Below are positions 1-10,450 of a stretch of 44,723 nt of DNA, in pieces (position 1 is the first letter of the stretch; each line of letters opens with the position of its first letter). The notes under the pieces are model-generated. The model was not told the origin of the DNA, did no database searches, and worked only from the letters and a program-made list of their open reading frames with translations. The position numbers and the translations under genes were made by a program. The DNA comes from Thermoleophilia bacterium (GTDB lineage Bacteria; Actinomycetota; Thermoleophilia; Gaiellales; Gaiellaceae): NCBI GenBank assembly GCA_019683855.1, contig JADGHP010000001.1:1-44723 (forward strand). Reading direction: 5' to 3'.

Positions 1-426
1 GACGCGCGCCTTGCGCTCGCGCGCGCTGCCGAGCCGGTGGATCTTCATCGGGTCGCTGATGATCGTCCCGACGCGCTTGCGCGGGTTCAGGCTCGCATAT
101 GGATCCTGGAAGACCATCTGCATCTCGCGGCGCAGCGGCCGCAGCTGACGCGCGCCCAGGCCTTGGATCGGCCTGCCCTGGAAGAGGATCTCCCCGGCGG
201 TCGGCTCCAGCAGGCGAACGATCGTCCGCCCCAGGGTCGACTTCCCGCAGCCCGACTCGCCCACGAGACCGAGCGTCTCGCCCTCGCGCACCGTGAAGCT
301 GACGTCGTCGACCGCGTGCACGCGCGCCACCTCGCGCTGCAGCACGCCCTTCCGGATCGGAAAGTACTTCTTGACGTGCCTGACCTCGAGCAGCGGCGCG
401 CCTTCGCCCTGCGCCGCCGCGCTCAT
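1..426 (-). CDS. Peptide ABC transporter ATP-binding protein (OppF/DppF-like), N-terminal part; the gene runs off the left edge
   Basis: The reverse frame from ATG 426-424 reads [33 protein letters not shown]...[33 protein letters not shown] (Walker A). The start overlaps the stop of the upstream ATPase gene (ATGA at 423-426). There is no stop in the window, so it is absent from the ORF track. Confidence 0.85.
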   Translation of the reverse strand, partial: MSAAAQGEGAPLLEVRHVKKYFPIRKGVLQREVARVHAVDDVSFTVREGETLGLVGESGCGKSTLGRTIVRLLEPTAGEILFQGRPIQGLGARQLRPLRREMQMVFQDPYASLNPRKRVGTIISDPMKIHRLGSARERKARV

Positions 427-1451
427 GCCGCCTCCGTGGCGCCGCCGGCGATCGCCTCGTCGCGGTGCGCGCGCTTGAACTCGACGTCGAGCCAGCAGCG
501 ATCGAGATGCCCCGGCGTCCCGACCCGATTCTCGAGCGCCGGCTCCTCGACGCACTTCTCGAACGCGTACGGGCAGCGGGGCCGGAAGGAGCAGCCCCGC
601 GGCAGGTTGATCAGCGACGGCGGCGAGCCCTTGATCGTGTGCAGCCGCCTCGGCCGCGGGCGGTCGAGCCGCGGAATCGAGCCCAGCAGGCCCCACGTGT
701 ACGGCATCTGCGGGTCGTAGAACAGATCGCGCGTCGCGCCCCGCTCGACGATCCGCCCCGCGTACATGACGACGATCTCATCCGCGATGTCCGCGACCAC
801 GCCGAGGTCGTGCGTGATCAGGATCACGCCCGAGTCGAACTCGTCCTTCAGCCGGCCGATCAGCTCGATGATCTGCGCCTGGATGGTCACGTCGAGCGCC
901 GTCGTGGGCTCGTCCGCGATCAGGATCGACGGGTTGCACGAGAGCGCCATCGCGATCATCGCGCGCTGTCGCATCCCGCCCGAGAACTGGTGCGGGAAGT
1001 CGTCGACGCGAGCCTCGGGGTTCGGGATCCCGACCTGGCGCAGCAGCTCGACGGCGCGCCGCCGCGCGGTCCGCTTGTCCACTCGCTCGTGCGCCCGGAT
1101 CGCCTCGATGATCTGCTCGCCGATCCTGTACACCGGGTTCAGCGACGTCATCGGATCCTGGAAGATCATCCCGATCTCGTTGCCGCGATACTCCTGCAGC
1201 TCGGACTCCGACACCTGGAGCAGGTCGGTGCCCTTGTAGAGGACACGACCCGAGAAGCGAGCGTTGACGTCGCGCGTGAGCCCCATCACCGTCATCGCCG
1301 TCACGCTCTTGCCGGAGCCGGACTCGCCGACGATCCCGAGCACCTTCCCGCGCTCCAGCTCGAACGAGACGCCGTCGACCGCGCGAACGATCCCGTCCTC
1401 GGTCGCGAAATGGACCTCGAGATCCTCGACTTGGAGCAGCGTCTCGGCCAC
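423..1451 (-). CDS. Peptide ABC transporter ATP-binding protein (OppD/DppD-like)
   Basis: ORF 423..1451 (342 aa) has Walker [11 protein letters not shown], signature FSGGMRQR and Walker [13 protein letters not shown]. It also has the Cys-containing C-terminal oligopeptide-transporter extension ([16 protein letters not shown]). Confidence 0.9.
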   Translation of the reverse strand: MAETLLQVEDLEVHFATEDGIVRAVDGVSFELERGKVLGIVGESGSGKSVTAMTVMGLTRDVNARFSGRVLYKGTDLLQVSESELQEYRGNEIGMIFQDPMTSLNPVYRIGEQIIEAIRAHERVDKRTARRRAVELLRQVGIPNPEARVDDFPHQFSGGMRQRAMIAMALSCNPSILIADEPTTALDVTIQAQIIELIGRLKDEFDSGVILITHDLGVVADIADEIVVMYAGRIVERGATRDLFYDPQMPYTWGLLGSIPRLDRPRPRRLHTIKGSPPSLINLPRGCSFRPRCPYAFEKCVEEPALENRVGTPGHLDRCWLDVEFKRAHRDEAIAGGATEAA

Positions 1452-1457
1452 CGGCGC

Positions 1458-2411
1458 CTACGTCGGACGGATCCGCGGGTCGAGGTAGGCGTAGAACAGG
1501 TCGACGAGGACGCTGAACACCACGATGAAGAAGGCACCGTACAGCGTCACGCCCATGATCGGGGGCAGGTCGAAGTTGTTGATCGACTGCGCCGCGTACT
1601 GCCCGACCCCGTGCAGGTCGAACACCGTCTCGGTGAGGATCGCGCCGCCGCCCAGCACCGCCGCGAAGTCGAGCCCGAACAGGGTCACGATCGGGATCAG
1701 CGAGGTGCGCAGCACATGCTTGAGGAGAATGCGCCTGCGCGAGAGCCCCTTCGCCTTCGCGGTCCGGACGTAATCCTCGTTGATCGTGTCGAGGATGTTG
1801 CCTCGCAGCACGCGCCCGTAGAAGCCGATGAAGAGAACCGCGAGCACGAGCCACGGCAGCAGGAGATGCCAGAACCACTGCACCGGGCTCTGCGTGAACG
1901 GCACGTACTCCCCGTCGGGGAAGATCGACGTCAGCCCGCCCTCGGCGAGGTAGTAGCGCGCGACGATGCCGAGCCAGAAGACCGGCATCGAGATCCCGAT
2001 CAGAGCGAGCACCGTGATCACGCGGTCGGACAGCCTCCCCGCGGTGACCGCGGCTATCACCCCCACCGAGATCCCGAAGAGAAGCCAGATGATCCCGGCG
2101 CCGATCGTGAGCGAGAACGTCGCCGGCATCCCCTGCTTGATCTGCTGGATGACGTTCTGCTGGCTCGTGTAGGAGACGAGCGTGCCGCTGAACATCTTCT
2201 TCAACATCCGCCAGTACTGCACGTAGAAGGGCTGGTCGAAGCCCCACGAGTGGCGGATGTTGACGATGTTCTGCTGGGTCGCGTTCTTGCCCGCGATCCG
2301 CTGCGCCGGGTCGCCGCCGGGGACGACGATGAAGATCAGGAAGACGACGAACGTGACGGCGACGCAGACGAGCGCCGCCCCGACCGTGCGCCGGACGAAG
2401 AACGCGGCCAT
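1458..2411 (-). CDS. Peptide ABC transporter permease (DppB/OppB-like)
   Basis: An in-frame Met inside track ORF 1458..3536 starts MAAFFVRRTVGAALVCVAVTFVVFLIF..., a multi-pass permease of 317 aa. Its ATG shares one base with the upstream permease stop (TGATG at 2409-2413). The 375 aa upstream of it in the track ORF are Arg/Pro-rich and out of frame with the real upstream gene. Confidence 0.88.
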   Translation of the reverse strand: MAAFFVRRTVGAALVCVAVTFVVFLIFIVVPGGDPAQRIAGKNATQQNIVNIRHSWGFDQPFYVQYWRMLKKMFSGTLVSYTSQQNVIQQIKQGMPATFSLTIGAGIIWLLFGISVGVIAAVTAGRLSDRVITVLALIGISMPVFWLGIVARYYLAEGGLTSIFPDGEYVPFTQSPVQWFWHLLLPWLVLAVLFIGFYGRVLRGNILDTINEDYVRTAKAKGLSRRRILLKHVLRTSLIPIVTLFGLDFAAVLGGGAILTETVFDLHGVGQYAAQSINNFDLPPIMGVTLYGAFFIVVFSVLVDLFYAYLDPRIRPT

Positions 2412-3529
2412 CAGTGCTCCACCTTCACCTTCGCGCGCGGGTCGAGCGCGTCGCGCAGGCCGTCGCCGAAGACGTTGAGCGACAGCACGGTGAGGATGAT
2501 CGCGATGCCGGGCGCCAGCGCGAGCCACGGCCGGGTCACGATCAGATCCTGCCCGTCGGTGATCAGCGTCCCCCACGAGGGCGTCGGCGGCTGCACTCCC
2601 GCGCCGAGGTAGGAGAGACCCGCCTCGAGGACGATGTTGTTGGCGATGATCAGCGTGAAGAAGACGAGCACCGAGCTCGCGATGTTCGGCAGCAGGTCGG
2701 TGAACATGATCCGCAGCGGGCTTGCGCCCTGCGCGATCGCCGCCTCCACGAACTCTTTCTCGCGCAGCGAGAGCACCTGCCCGCGCAGCGGCCTGCCCAC
2801 GTAGGGGATCAGGACGTACGAGATGACGAGCGTCGGGATCCAGAGGCTGCCGCTCTGGATGTTGATCCCGAAGCGGTGGAAGCCGTTGATGGCGAGCGCC
2901 GACCCGAGCGCGATCCCGAGCAGCACGACCGGGAACGCGTAGAAGAGGTCGAAGAAACGGGTGATCACGAAATCCACCCAGCCGCGGAAGTAGCCCGCGA
3001 GCAGCGCGAGCACGACCGCGAAGAAGACGCAGAGCGCGGACGAGCCGATCCCGACGATCAGCGAGTTGCGGCCACCGTACAGGAGCCGCACAGCGATGTC
3101 GCGGCCGTTCTGGTCGGCGCCGAGTACGAACCTGCCGCCGGCGCTGAACCACGTCGGCCCGATCGGGATCGCCGAGAGGAGGACGCAGTCCGAGCCACCC
3201 GTCGTGCACGGCTTGCCCGTCTTCTTGTCGATGTAGCCGCCCTGGGAGATCACCGGCACCGGCTTGCCGTCCACGCGGACCGTCTCGAGGATGTGGTTCG
3301 TGTTCGGCCCGGTGTGGGCGACGTGGCGCGCGTAGACGCCCGCGAGCGCGCACGCGATCAGGATGAGGACGAACAGGCCGAGGAACGCGAACGCGACGTA
3401 GTTGCGGCGAAGGCGCCGCCAGGCGAGGTACCAGGGGCTGCGCCCGCGGATCGCGCTGGCCGGCTCCGCAGCTGCGAGCGCCGCCGCGGTGTCGAGCGTG
3501 AACTCGCTCTCGGTTACGCGTTGGGCCAA
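2411..3529 (-). CDS. Peptide ABC transporter permease (DppC/OppC-like)
   Basis: ORF 2411..3529 (372 aa) has a hydrophobic N-terminal anchor after SPWYLAWRRLRRN, a long periplasmic loop and a typical BPD-type permease core. It sits in the operon between the binding protein and the second permease. Confidence 0.88.
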   Translation of the reverse strand: MAQRVTESEFTLDTAAALAAAEPASAIRGRSPWYLAWRRLRRNYVAFAFLGLFVLILIACALAGVYARHVAHTGPNTNHILETVRVDGKPVPVISQGGYIDKKTGKPCTTGGSDCVLLSAIPIGPTWFSAGGRFVLGADQNGRDIAVRLLYGGRNSLIVGIGSSALCVFFAVVLALLAGYFRGWVDFVITRFFDLFYAFPVVLLGIALGSALAINGFHRFGINIQSGSLWIPTLVISYVLIPYVGRPLRGQVLSLREKEFVEAAIAQGASPLRIMFTDLLPNIASSVLVFFTLIIANNIVLEAGLSYLGAGVQPPTPSWGTLITDGQDLIVTRPWLALAPGIAIILTVLSLNVFGDGLRDALDPRAKVKVEH

Positions 3530-3605
3530 CGCTCACGTCCCCTGCGGAAGGCTCCGTCGGGGACGTCGTACCCGGCGCCCCCGACGGTCGAACGCCGGAG
3601 TCCGG

Positions 3606-5291
3606 CTACTTGACGCAGATCGTCGCGTAGTCGAACTCGTACAGCACGTGGTTCTCGTAGCAGCTGAGATCCACGCGCGAGCTGAAGAAGTCCGTGAACT
3701 GCCGGTTGAGGAACGGCGCCCACGGAGCATCCTGCATGATCGTCTTGTCGAGCGCCTTCCACCGCTTGTTGACCTCGGGGGTCAGCGTCGGCGACTTCTT
3801 GAGGTCGTCGATCTCCGCGTTGACCTTCTTGTTGTCGTAGTTGGCGTAGTTGTTGTTGTGCGTCTGCGTGATGCGCTCGCCGTTCAGCAGCACGTCGAAC
3901 CAGTCGAGCGGATGCGGGTAATCCTGGAACCAGTCGGCGAAGCCGATCTGGGCCTTCGTCGCTTGGTTGCCGATCGTCGTCCAGTACACGGCCGCGTTGA
4001 CGATCTTCTCCTTCGCCTTGAACCCGATCTTGTTCAGGACGTCGGTGAGGTACGCCGTGAACTTCGGGTCGATCCCGCGCTCGTGGTTCCAGACCGTGAC
4101 CTCCATCCCCTTGGTGCCCGACTCGGCGACGAGCCGCTTCGCCTTCTCGAGGTTATAGGGGTAGAGGTTGTGCTGCTCGTACTGCGGGTAGGTCGGCGGG
4201 AGGATGTTCTCCGTCGGCTGCGCGAGCCCGCCGACGATGCGCACGAGCGCGTCGCGGTTGATCGCGTAGTTGACCGCCTGCCGCACCTTCACGTTGTCGA
4301 AGGGCGGCACCCGCGTGTTCATGAAGAAGTAGTACGTGTTCGCCGGCGTGAAGACCTTGAGCTGGTCGGCGTACTTCTGCTGCACCGAGGCCAGGCGGTC
4401 GGTCGGGATCGGGTGATAGCTCATCCAGTCGTCCTGACCGCTGATCGTGCGCTGCAGGGCGACGTTGTCGTCGCCGATGATGTCCCAGGTGACCTTGTCA
4501 GGGTTACCTGCCGGAACGTTCCCGTCGAACTTGGAGGCGTCGAAGTACGGATTCCGCACCTCGACGATCTGCTTGTTCGGCTGGTAGCTCTTGATCATGT
4601 ACGGGCCCGTCGACGGCAGCGGGCTCGTCGACGTGTCCTTCCCCGGGGCATTCCCCGGCACCGGCGCCGCGAACTCGGTCGCCAGGATGTTCATGAAGTC
4701 GCCCTGGGGCGCCTCGAGACGGATCGTGATCTTTCCGGTCGCGTCGTCGGTCGTAATTCCGCTGATGTCGCCCTTCTTCGTCTTCTCGAACTGTTTGGCG
4801 CCGACGATGTTCTCGAAGAAACCGACGCCCGGCGAGTCGACGATGAAGTCGCGCTCGATCGTCTTCTTGAAGTCGCTCGCCTTCACCGGCGTGCCGTCCG
4901 AGTACTTGAGACCCTTGCGCAGCCTCAGCGTGTAGGTCTTGCCGTCGGAGGAGACCTGCGGCAGATCCTGTGCGAGGTACGGGACGAGCGTCGCGCCGTC
5001 GGGGCCGTTGACGTGCTTGTAGCCGATCAGGGGCAGGTAGACGTTCCACATCACGCCCCAGCCCTCGACCGTGTAGGACAGGCCGGGATCGAGGTAGTCC
5101 GTGCCCGCGTCCATCGCGATGTTGAAGCTCGCGAAGCTCTTGCCCGAGGCGGACGCACCGGTGGAGGTGCCCCCGCTCGTCGTGGCGCCGCCGCTGCTGC
5201 CCCCGCCCCCGCAGGCCGCCGCGATCAACGCGACGCCGGCGGAGAACGCAGCCGCGGTCGCCAGCCGCTTCCACCGAACACTTCGGTTCAA
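3606..5291 (-). CDS. Family-5 peptide/nickel ABC substrate-binding lipoprotein
   Basis: I place the start at TTG 5291-5289, 7 nt after a GGAGG (minus strand). That gives (M)NRSVRWKRLATAAAFSAGVALIAAAC GGGGSSGG, a lipoprotein signal with lipobox and Gly/Ser linker. The body is SBP_bac_5-like. The part of the track ORF further upstream (to 5516) has no coding character. Confidence 0.85.
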   Translation of the reverse strand: MNRSVRWKRLATAAAFSAGVALIAAACGGGGSSGGATTSGGTSTGASASGKSFASFNIAMDAGTDYLDPGLSYTVEGWGVMWNVYLPLIGYKHVNGPDGATLVPYLAQDLPQVSSDGKTYTLRLRKGLKYSDGTPVKASDFKKTIERDFIVDSPGVGFFENIVGAKQFEKTKKGDISGITTDDATGKITIRLEAPQGDFMNILATEFAAPVPGNAPGKDTSTSPLPSTGPYMIKSYQPNKQIVEVRNPYFDASKFDGNVPAGNPDKVTWDIIGDDNVALQRTISGQDDWMSYHPIPTDRLASVQQKYADQLKVFTPANTYYFFMNTRVPPFDNVKVRQAVNYAINRDALVRIVGGLAQPTENILPPTYPQYEQHNLYPYNLEKAKRLVAESGTKGMEVTVWNHERGIDPKFTAYLTDVLNKIGFKAKEKIVNAAVYWTTIGNQATKAQIGFADWFQDYPHPLDWFDVLLNGERITQTHNNNYANYDNKKVNAEIDDLKKSPTLTPEVNKRWKALDKTIMQDAPWAPFLNRQFTDFFSSRVDLSCYENHVLYEFDYATICVK

Positions 5292-5361
5292 CTCGTTACC
5301 TCCCCGGCTCGATTCGAGGCGCGGCAAAAGCCCGACCCCCCTCCGCGCACCGCCATTCTTA

Positions 5362-5371
5362 CTGACGTCAG
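5362..5371. promoter_or_regulatory. 10-bp perfect palindrome CTGACGTCAG just downstream of a TAGAAT hexamer (minus strand); a candidate operator or promoter element of the peptide-transporter operon
   Basis: The minus strand reads ...TAGAATtgttccCTGACGTCAGtaagaat..., about 70 nt upstream of the binding-protein start. The assignment rests on position only. Confidence 0.25.
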
Positions 5372-5601
5372 GGAACAATTCTAGTGCGGCCTCTCGTAGC
5401 GTTCGACGGGAGACGGCCGCTGGCGAAGGCCGCACGTGGGGCCGCTTCGCGGCCCGTTCGGTGTTTCTCTTTGGAGGGGCGCCAGGAGCGGCGCGACCGT
5501 TGAGGAGCTGGCGCACCCGGTCTGCGTCCTCCTACCAGCCGAACGCAAGCCCGGCCGCGCAGCGGCCGGCAAGTGCGGCGTCACAGGACGCGGGCTTCCG
5601 G

Positions 5602-6234
5602 TCAAACGGTGGGAGACGCCGCACTGGCACCGTCGCGATCCGATGCTTCTCCCGGCCGCCACCCGACGAGCCTGACCGCCGCCCGTCGCCGCTCCCGCAA
5701 CTCCGCCGGCTCGTGCTCCTCGACGACGCCGTCCACGCCGTCGCGACGAGTCGAGTGGAGGATCCGGCCGTCGCCGAGCCAGAAGGCGACGTGGTCGGCT
5801 GAGGCGCCCGACTCGCCGTACGTGATCAGGTCCCCCGGCCGGAGCTCCGTCTCGGCGATCGGCTCGCCGGCGGCCTCCTGCTGGTGGGCGTCGCGCGGGA
5901 CGAGGCGCCCGGCGGCGCGGAAGCTCATGTGGACGAGGCCGGAGCAGTCGATGCCCGCAGCCGTCATGCCGCCCCACAGGTAGGGCGCGCCGAGCAGTGT
6001 GCGCGCGTGGTCGAGCGGGTCTGTGACCGTCGCGGCGAGCCACCCCGGGTCGGGGTCGCCGCCGAGGGCCTCGACCCGGATCCAGCCGGGGTAGTCGTAC
6101 GCCGTCCGGATCCGCGCCCAGCCGCCGCTCGTCTCCTCGACGGCGAGCGGCTCGCCGGGGAGGAGCTGCGTCACCTGCTCCGCGTCGTCGCGAGGCTCTC
6201 CCCGCACCGGCGTCAGCTCGCGCACCGTCCGCAT
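5602..6234 (-). CDS. SH3-domain plus NlpC/P60 (C40) cell-wall peptidase
   Basis: ORF 5602..6234 (210 aa) has an N-terminal SH3b-like segment (GEPLAVEETSGGWARIRT). The catalytic Cys is in GIDCSGLVHMSF and the His in ADHVAFWLGDGRILHS. Confidence 0.85.
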   Translation of the reverse strand: MRTVRELTPVRGEPRDDAEQVTQLLPGEPLAVEETSGGWARIRTAYDYPGWIRVEALGGDPDPGWLAATVTDPLDHARTLLGAPYLWGGMTAAGIDCSGLVHMSFRAAGRLVPRDAHQQEAAGEPIAETELRPGDLITYGESGASADHVAFWLGDGRILHSTRRDGVDGVVEEHEPAELRERRRAAVRLVGWRPGEASDRDGASAASPTV

Positions 6235-6347
6235 GGGCCGAGGCTAGCGCAGGCGGGCGCTCGAGGAGCTGCGCCCCATCCGGAACCTGTGGACGCGAGC
6301 GCGGGTGCGCCGCCGAGGCGGACGCACCCGCACGAAGTCTCGCTCTT

Positions 6348-7421
6348 CTAGGCCGCCGCGACCGAGATCAGGTCGCGCAGCGCGCCCAGGCGGGCGAGCG
6401 CCTGACCCTCGAGCTGGCGGACGCGCTCGCGCGTCAGGTCGAGCTCGTTGCCGATCGCCTCGAGCGTCCACGGCTCGCCCTCGAAGCCGAAGCGCAGCTC
6501 GAGGATGCGCCGCTCGCGCTCCGGAAGCGCCTCGAGCGCGCGCCGCACGCCCTGCCGGCGCAGCGACTCCTCCGCCTCGTCGAACGGATCTGCCGCCTCG
6601 CGGTCGGCGAACAGGTCGCCCAGCTCGCCCTCGTCGTCCGCGCCGACGGTCTGGTTGAGCGAAACGGACGCGTGCGCGGCGCCGAGCGCCTCGTCGACGT
6701 GCTGCATCGGCAGGCCGGTCGCCTCCGCCAGCTCCTCCTTGGTCGCCTCGCGGCCCAGCTCGACCTCGAGCCGGCGCGCGGCCCGCGACAGCTTCTGCTG
6801 CCGCTCCACGACGTGCACCGGAACCCGGATCGTGCGGGCGTGGTTCGCGACCGCGCGCTGGACCGACTGGCGGATCCACCAGGTCGCGTACGTCGAGAAC
6901 TTGTAGCCGCGACGCCAGTCGAACTTCTCGACGGCGCGGTTCAGGCCGAGCGTGCCCTCCTGGATCAGGTCGAGGAAGGGGACGCCGAGGCCTCGGTAGC
7001 CCTTCGCGATCGAGACGACGAGCCGGAGGTTCGACTCGATCATGCGCCGCTTCGCCGCCGCGTCGCCGCGCTCGATCCGCTTCGCGAGCATGACCTCCTC
7101 GGCGGCCGTGAGCAGCTTGTGCCGGCCCACGTCCGCGAGGAAGAGCTGCAGGCTGTCGCCTGCGCCGGAGATCTCCGCGGACGGGTCGAACGCCGGCTCC
7201 AGGTCGACGGGACTCTCCTTGCCGTCCTTCTCGTCCTTCTCCGCGGCCACCGCCGGTGCGCCGATCTCGAGCCCGGTGCGCTCGAGCTCCCGCGTCAGCT
7301 CCTCGACCTCCTCGTCGGTGAGGTCGAGCTCCGCGGCGAGCGCCTCGAGCTCGACCGGCTCGACGTAGCCGCGTTCCTCCGCCGCCTCGATCAGGGCGCG
7401 GATCTGCTCGGACTCGAGCAA
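6348..7421 (-). CDS. RNA polymerase sigma-70 factor, RpoD/SigA (primary-like) family
   Basis: ORF 6348..7421 (357 aa) has an acidic N-terminus. Region 2 reads [41 protein letters not shown], and region 4 reads [40 protein letters not shown]. The TTG start is uncertain because the frame stays open about 20 codons further upstream with no ATG/GTG. Confidence 0.88.
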   Translation of the reverse strand: MLESEQIRALIEAAEERGYVEPVELEALAAELDLTDEEVEELTRELERTGLEIGAPAVAAEKDEKDGKESPVDLEPAFDPSAEISGAGDSLQLFLADVGRHKLLTAAEEVMLAKRIERGDAAAKRRMIESNLRLVVSIAKGYRGLGVPFLDLIQEGTLGLNRAVEKFDWRRGYKFSTYATWWIRQSVQRAVANHARTIRVPVHVVERQQKLSRAARRLEVELGREATKEELAEATGLPMQHVDEALGAAHASVSLNQTVGADDEGELGDLFADREAADPFDEAEESLRRQGVRRALEALPERERRILELRFGFEGEPWTLEAIGNELDLTRERVRQLEGQALARLGALRDLISVAAA

Positions 7422-7662
7422 CTCGTGAAGCTGGTTCTGCGTCAGGGTCGTCTCAGTCCTTTCGGTCGTACCTCGAAGACGTCAGCAACCTTCTCACTTT
7501 AGGAGTCTTCTCCTCCTGTTGCCAGCGGAACCGTTCTGGGAGGGCGGCCTCCCGGCGCTCCGGCTCCAGGAACGCATGCTCGCCGCCTTCCATTCCGGGC
7601 CGCCGGCAGCGTTCCGGACGGGTCCGCGTCCGTCTCGATACGACGACCGCAGCGGCGCAAGG

Positions 7663-10248
7663 TTAGGAGACGCGCCGACGGCGCGGACGCTTGGCGGGGC
7701 CTTGCGCGCGGCGCTCGGCGAGGAGCTCGACCGCGCGCTCGAGGGTCAGCGTCTCGGGGTCGTCGCCGCGGCGGAGGCTCGCGTTCGTCTCGCCGTCGGT
7801 GACGTACGGGCCGAAGCGGCCCGCCTTGAGGACGATCGGCCTGCCGCTCACCGGGTCCGGCCCCAGCTCCCTGAGCGGCTCGGCGGCGGCCCGCCGCCCG
7901 CGCCGCTGCCGCGGCTGGGCGAGCAGGGCGAGCGCCTCCTCCAACGTGATCGTCAGCAGCCGCTCCTCCGAGTCGAGCGACCGCGACTCCGAGCCCTTCT
8001 GGATGTACGGGCCGTAGCGGCCGTTGCGCGCGACCACCTCCGCCCCGTCGGGCGCGACCCCGATCACGCGCGGAAGCCGCAGCAGCCGGAGCGCGTCCTC
8101 GAGCGTGACCGTGTCGAGCGACATCGACGCGAAGAGCGAGGCGGTGCGCGGCTTCTCCTTCGCGTCCTCGGGCAGCACCTCGGTGACGTACGGGCCGTAG
8201 CGGCCGGTGCGCGCGACGATCTCGCGGCCGGTCTCGGGGTCGACGCCCAGGCGACGCTCCCCGGACGGCTGCTCGAGCAGCTCGCGCGCGCGCTCGACGG
8301 TCAGCTCGTCCGGGGCGATGTCCTCGGGCAGGCTCGCGCGCTGGCCGTCCCGCTCGAGGTAGGGGCCGTAGCGGCCGACGCGCAGGACGATCCCGTCGCC
8401 GATCTCGATCGAGTTGATCTCGCGCGCGTCGATGCTGCCGAGATCCGAGACGAGCTCCTTGAGCCCCTCGTCCCCGTCCTCGCCGAAGTAGAAGCGGCGC
8501 AGCCAGCCCGTCCGCTCCTCCTCTCCCGCGGCGATCCGGTCGAGGTCGTCCTCCATCCGGGCCGTGAAGTCGTAGTCGACGAGCCGGCCGAAGTGGCGCT
8601 CGAGCAGCTCCGTGACCGCGAAGGCGAGGAACGAGGGGACGAGCGCGCTCCCCTTCTTGAACACGTAGCCGCGCTCGAGGATCGTGCCGATGATCGAGGC
8701 GTAGGTGGAGGGCCGGCCGATGCCGCGCTCCTCGAGCGTGCGCACGAGCGTGGCCTCCGTGTAGCGCGGCGGCGGGCTCGTCTCGTGCCCCTGCGGCTCG
8801 AGCGCCCGCAGCTCGACCGCGTCGCCCTCGGAGAGGTTCGGCAGCCGCCGCTCGTCGTCGCCGTCGCGCTCGGACGCGGCCTCCTCGTCGCGGCCCTCCT
8901 CGTAGGCGGCGAGGAAGCCGCGGAAGGTGATCACCGTGCCGGAGGCGCCCAGCTCGACCTCCTCGTCCGCCGTCGAGCGGCCGCCGATCCGCAGCGAGAC
9001 GGTCTGGCCCTCTGCGTCCTTCATCTGCGAGGCGATCGTCCGTATCCAGATCAGCTCGTAGAGCGCGAGCTCGTCGCGGGACAGCTCGCCCCGCACCTCC
9101 TGCGGCGTGCGGAAGCGGTCGCCGGCGGGGCGAATCGCCTCGTGCGCCTCCTGGGCGTTCTTCACGCGCCGCTCGTAGCGGCGCGGCTCCTCCGGAACGA
9201 ACTCGGGACCGTAGAGCGAGGCGGCCTGCGAGCGCGCGGCGGCGAGCGCCGTGTCCGACAGCGTCGTCGAGTCCGTGCGCATGTAGGTGATGTAGCCGTT
9301 CTCGTAGAGGCGCTGGGCGACGCGCATCGTCGTCTGCGCCGAGAAGCGGAGCTTACGGCTCGCCTCCTGCTGCAACGTCGAGGTCATGAACGGCGGGCTC
9401 GGCCGGCGCACGTACGGCTTGCGCTCGACGCGGACGACCCGGAAGCTCGCCCCCTCGAGCCGCTCGGCGAGGCCCCGCGCGGCTTCCTCGTCGAGCACGA
9501 GCGCCTCCGCCGACCGCAGCGCGCCGTCCGGGCCGAAGTCGCGGCCCTGCGCGACGCGGCGCCCGTCGACCGCGACGAGCCGCGCCTCGAAGGCGTCCGG
9601 GTCGAACGTCGCGAGCAGGTCCCACCACCGCGCGGCGACGAACTTCATGCGCTCGCGCTCCCGCTCGACGACGAGCCGCGTCGCCACCGACTGGACGCGG
9701 CCGGCGGAGAGGCCGCGCATGATCTTCTTCCAGAGCACCGGCGAGACCTCGTAGCCGTAGAGGCGGTCGAGGATGCGCCGCGTCTCCTGCGCGTCCACGA
9801 GTCGCTGGTCGACGTCGCGGGTCTGCTCGAGGGCGCGCTGGATCGCGTCGCGCGTGATCTCGTGGAAGACCATCCGCCGCGCCGGCACCTTCGGCTTCAG
9901 CACCTGCAGCAGATGCCAGGCGATCGCCTCGCCCTCGCGGTCCTCGTCGGTCGCGAGCAGCAGCTCGTCCGCGTCGGAGAGGAGCTTGCGCAGCTCGCCG
10001 ACCTTCTTGCGCTTCTCGGGGTCGATGACGTAGAGCGGCTCGAAGTCGTGCTCCACGTCGACGCCGAGCCGCGCCCACGGCTCGCTCTTGTAGCGCTCCG
10101 GGATCTCGGCCGCGCTGTCGGGCAGGTCGCGGATGTGGCCGACGCTCGACTCGACGACGAAGCCGTCGCCGAGGTAGCCGGCGATCGTCTTCGCCTTCGC
10201 CGGCGACTCGACGATCACGAGGCGCTTCTGTTTCCCGGCAGCGGGCAC
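7663..10248 (-). CDS. topA: DNA topoisomerase I
   Basis: ORF 7663..10248 (861 aa) has a Toprim N-terminus (LVIVESPAKAKTIAGYLG) and the active-site Tyr region (GYITYMRTDS). Four zinc-less C-terminal repeats carry G(R)(Y/F)GPY, followed by a basic tail, as in actinobacterial TopA. Confidence 0.95.
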   Translation of the reverse strand: MPAAGKQKRLVIVESPAKAKTIAGYLGDGFVVESSVGHIRDLPDSAAEIPERYKSEPWARLGVDVEHDFEPLYVIDPEKRKKVGELRKLLSDADELLLATDEDREGEAIAWHLLQVLKPKVPARRMVFHEITRDAIQRALEQTRDVDQRLVDAQETRRILDRLYGYEVSPVLWKKIMRGLSAGRVQSVATRLVVERERERMKFVAARWWDLLATFDPDAFEARLVAVDGRRVAQGRDFGPDGALRSAEALVLDEEAARGLAERLEGASFRVVRVERKPYVRRPSPPFMTSTLQQEASRKLRFSAQTTMRVAQRLYENGYITYMRTDSTTLSDTALAAARSQAASLYGPEFVPEEPRRYERRVKNAQEAHEAIRPAGDRFRTPQEVRGELSRDELALYELIWIRTIASQMKDAEGQTVSLRIGGRSTADEEVELGASGTVITFRGFLAAYEEGRDEEAASERDGDDERRLPNLSEGDAVELRALEPQGHETSPPPRYTEATLVRTLEERGIGRPSTYASIIGTILERGYVFKKGSALVPSFLAFAVTELLERHFGRLVDYDFTARMEDDLDRIAAGEEERTGWLRRFYFGEDGDEGLKELVSDLGSIDAREINSIEIGDGIVLRVGRYGPYLERDGQRASLPEDIAPDELTVERARELLEQPSGERRLGVDPETGREIVARTGRYGPYVTEVLPEDAKEKPRTASLFASMSLDTVTLEDALRLLRLPRVIGVAPDGAEVVARNGRYGPYIQKGSESRSLDSEERLLTITLEEALALLAQPRQRRGRRAAAEPLRELGPDPVSGRPIVLKAGRFGPYVTDGETNASLRRGDDPETLTLERAVELLAERRAQGPAKRPRRRRVS

Positions 10249-10342
10249 GGTCGGTCACCATAGCGCGCGCTTCCTCCTGCTCCAACGCGGCATCCCACGG
10301 ACAGTGGATGCTCGGCGCCGTGCGGCCGATGGCCGTGGCCAA

Positions 10343-10434
10343 CCGTGGCGACGCCACGCCACGCCACGGCGATACCGCGCGCCGCGACCGACGCTCTCGC
10401 CGACCCGTGGCGACGCCACGCCACGCCACGCCAC
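10343..10434. repeat. Two copies of a 26-nt perfect direct repeat (10343-10368 and 10405-10430) in the topA/acyltransferase divergent spacer
   Basis: CCGTGGCGACGCCACGCCACGCCACG occurs twice. Each copy contains the inverted repeat CGTGGCG-A-CGCCACG and a tandem GCCAC pentamer run. The second copy is followed by an extra CCAC. Confidence 0.9.
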
Positions 10435-10450
10435 ATGGATACTGGGCGCC

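Noticed and set aside
465-2612. Long plus-strand ORF (715 aa) overlapping the peptide-transporter genes. Similar long ORFs are 3402..5384, 7519..10263, 13119..13883, 15089..16369, 36072..37160 and 39215..43159.
   Set aside because: All lie antisense to genes with clear family motifs. They translate to Arg/Pro/Asp/Gly-rich low-complexity strings and are the expected stop-poor shadow frames of very GC-rich DNA.
5439-5474. Terminator-like element on the plus strand (GGGCCGC-ttc-GCGGCCC, followed by GTTCGGTGTTTCTCTTTGG) between the NlpC/P60 gene and the peptide-transporter genes.
   Set aside because: Both flanking genes are on the minus strand, where the hairpin has no downstream U-tract, and no plus-strand gene ends here. 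It may terminate an antisense or small transcript, but nothing in the sequence supports one.
7538-7553. Hairpin GGGAGG-gcgg-CCTCCC between topA and the sigma-factor gene, as a possible topA terminator.
   Set aside because: There is no U-tract on the minus strand, and it lies about 110 nt from the topA stop. It is plausible but unsupported.
10304-10450. N-terminal extension of the acyltransferase ORF (MDARRRAADGRGQPWRRHATPRR...), and the 540-aa ORF 10345..11967.
   Set aside because: The extension is encoded entirely by the repeat region and is Arg/Pro-rich. The 540-aa ORF is the exonuclease frame running upstream, out of frame through the acyltransferase gene. The true exonuclease start is the ATG at 11092.
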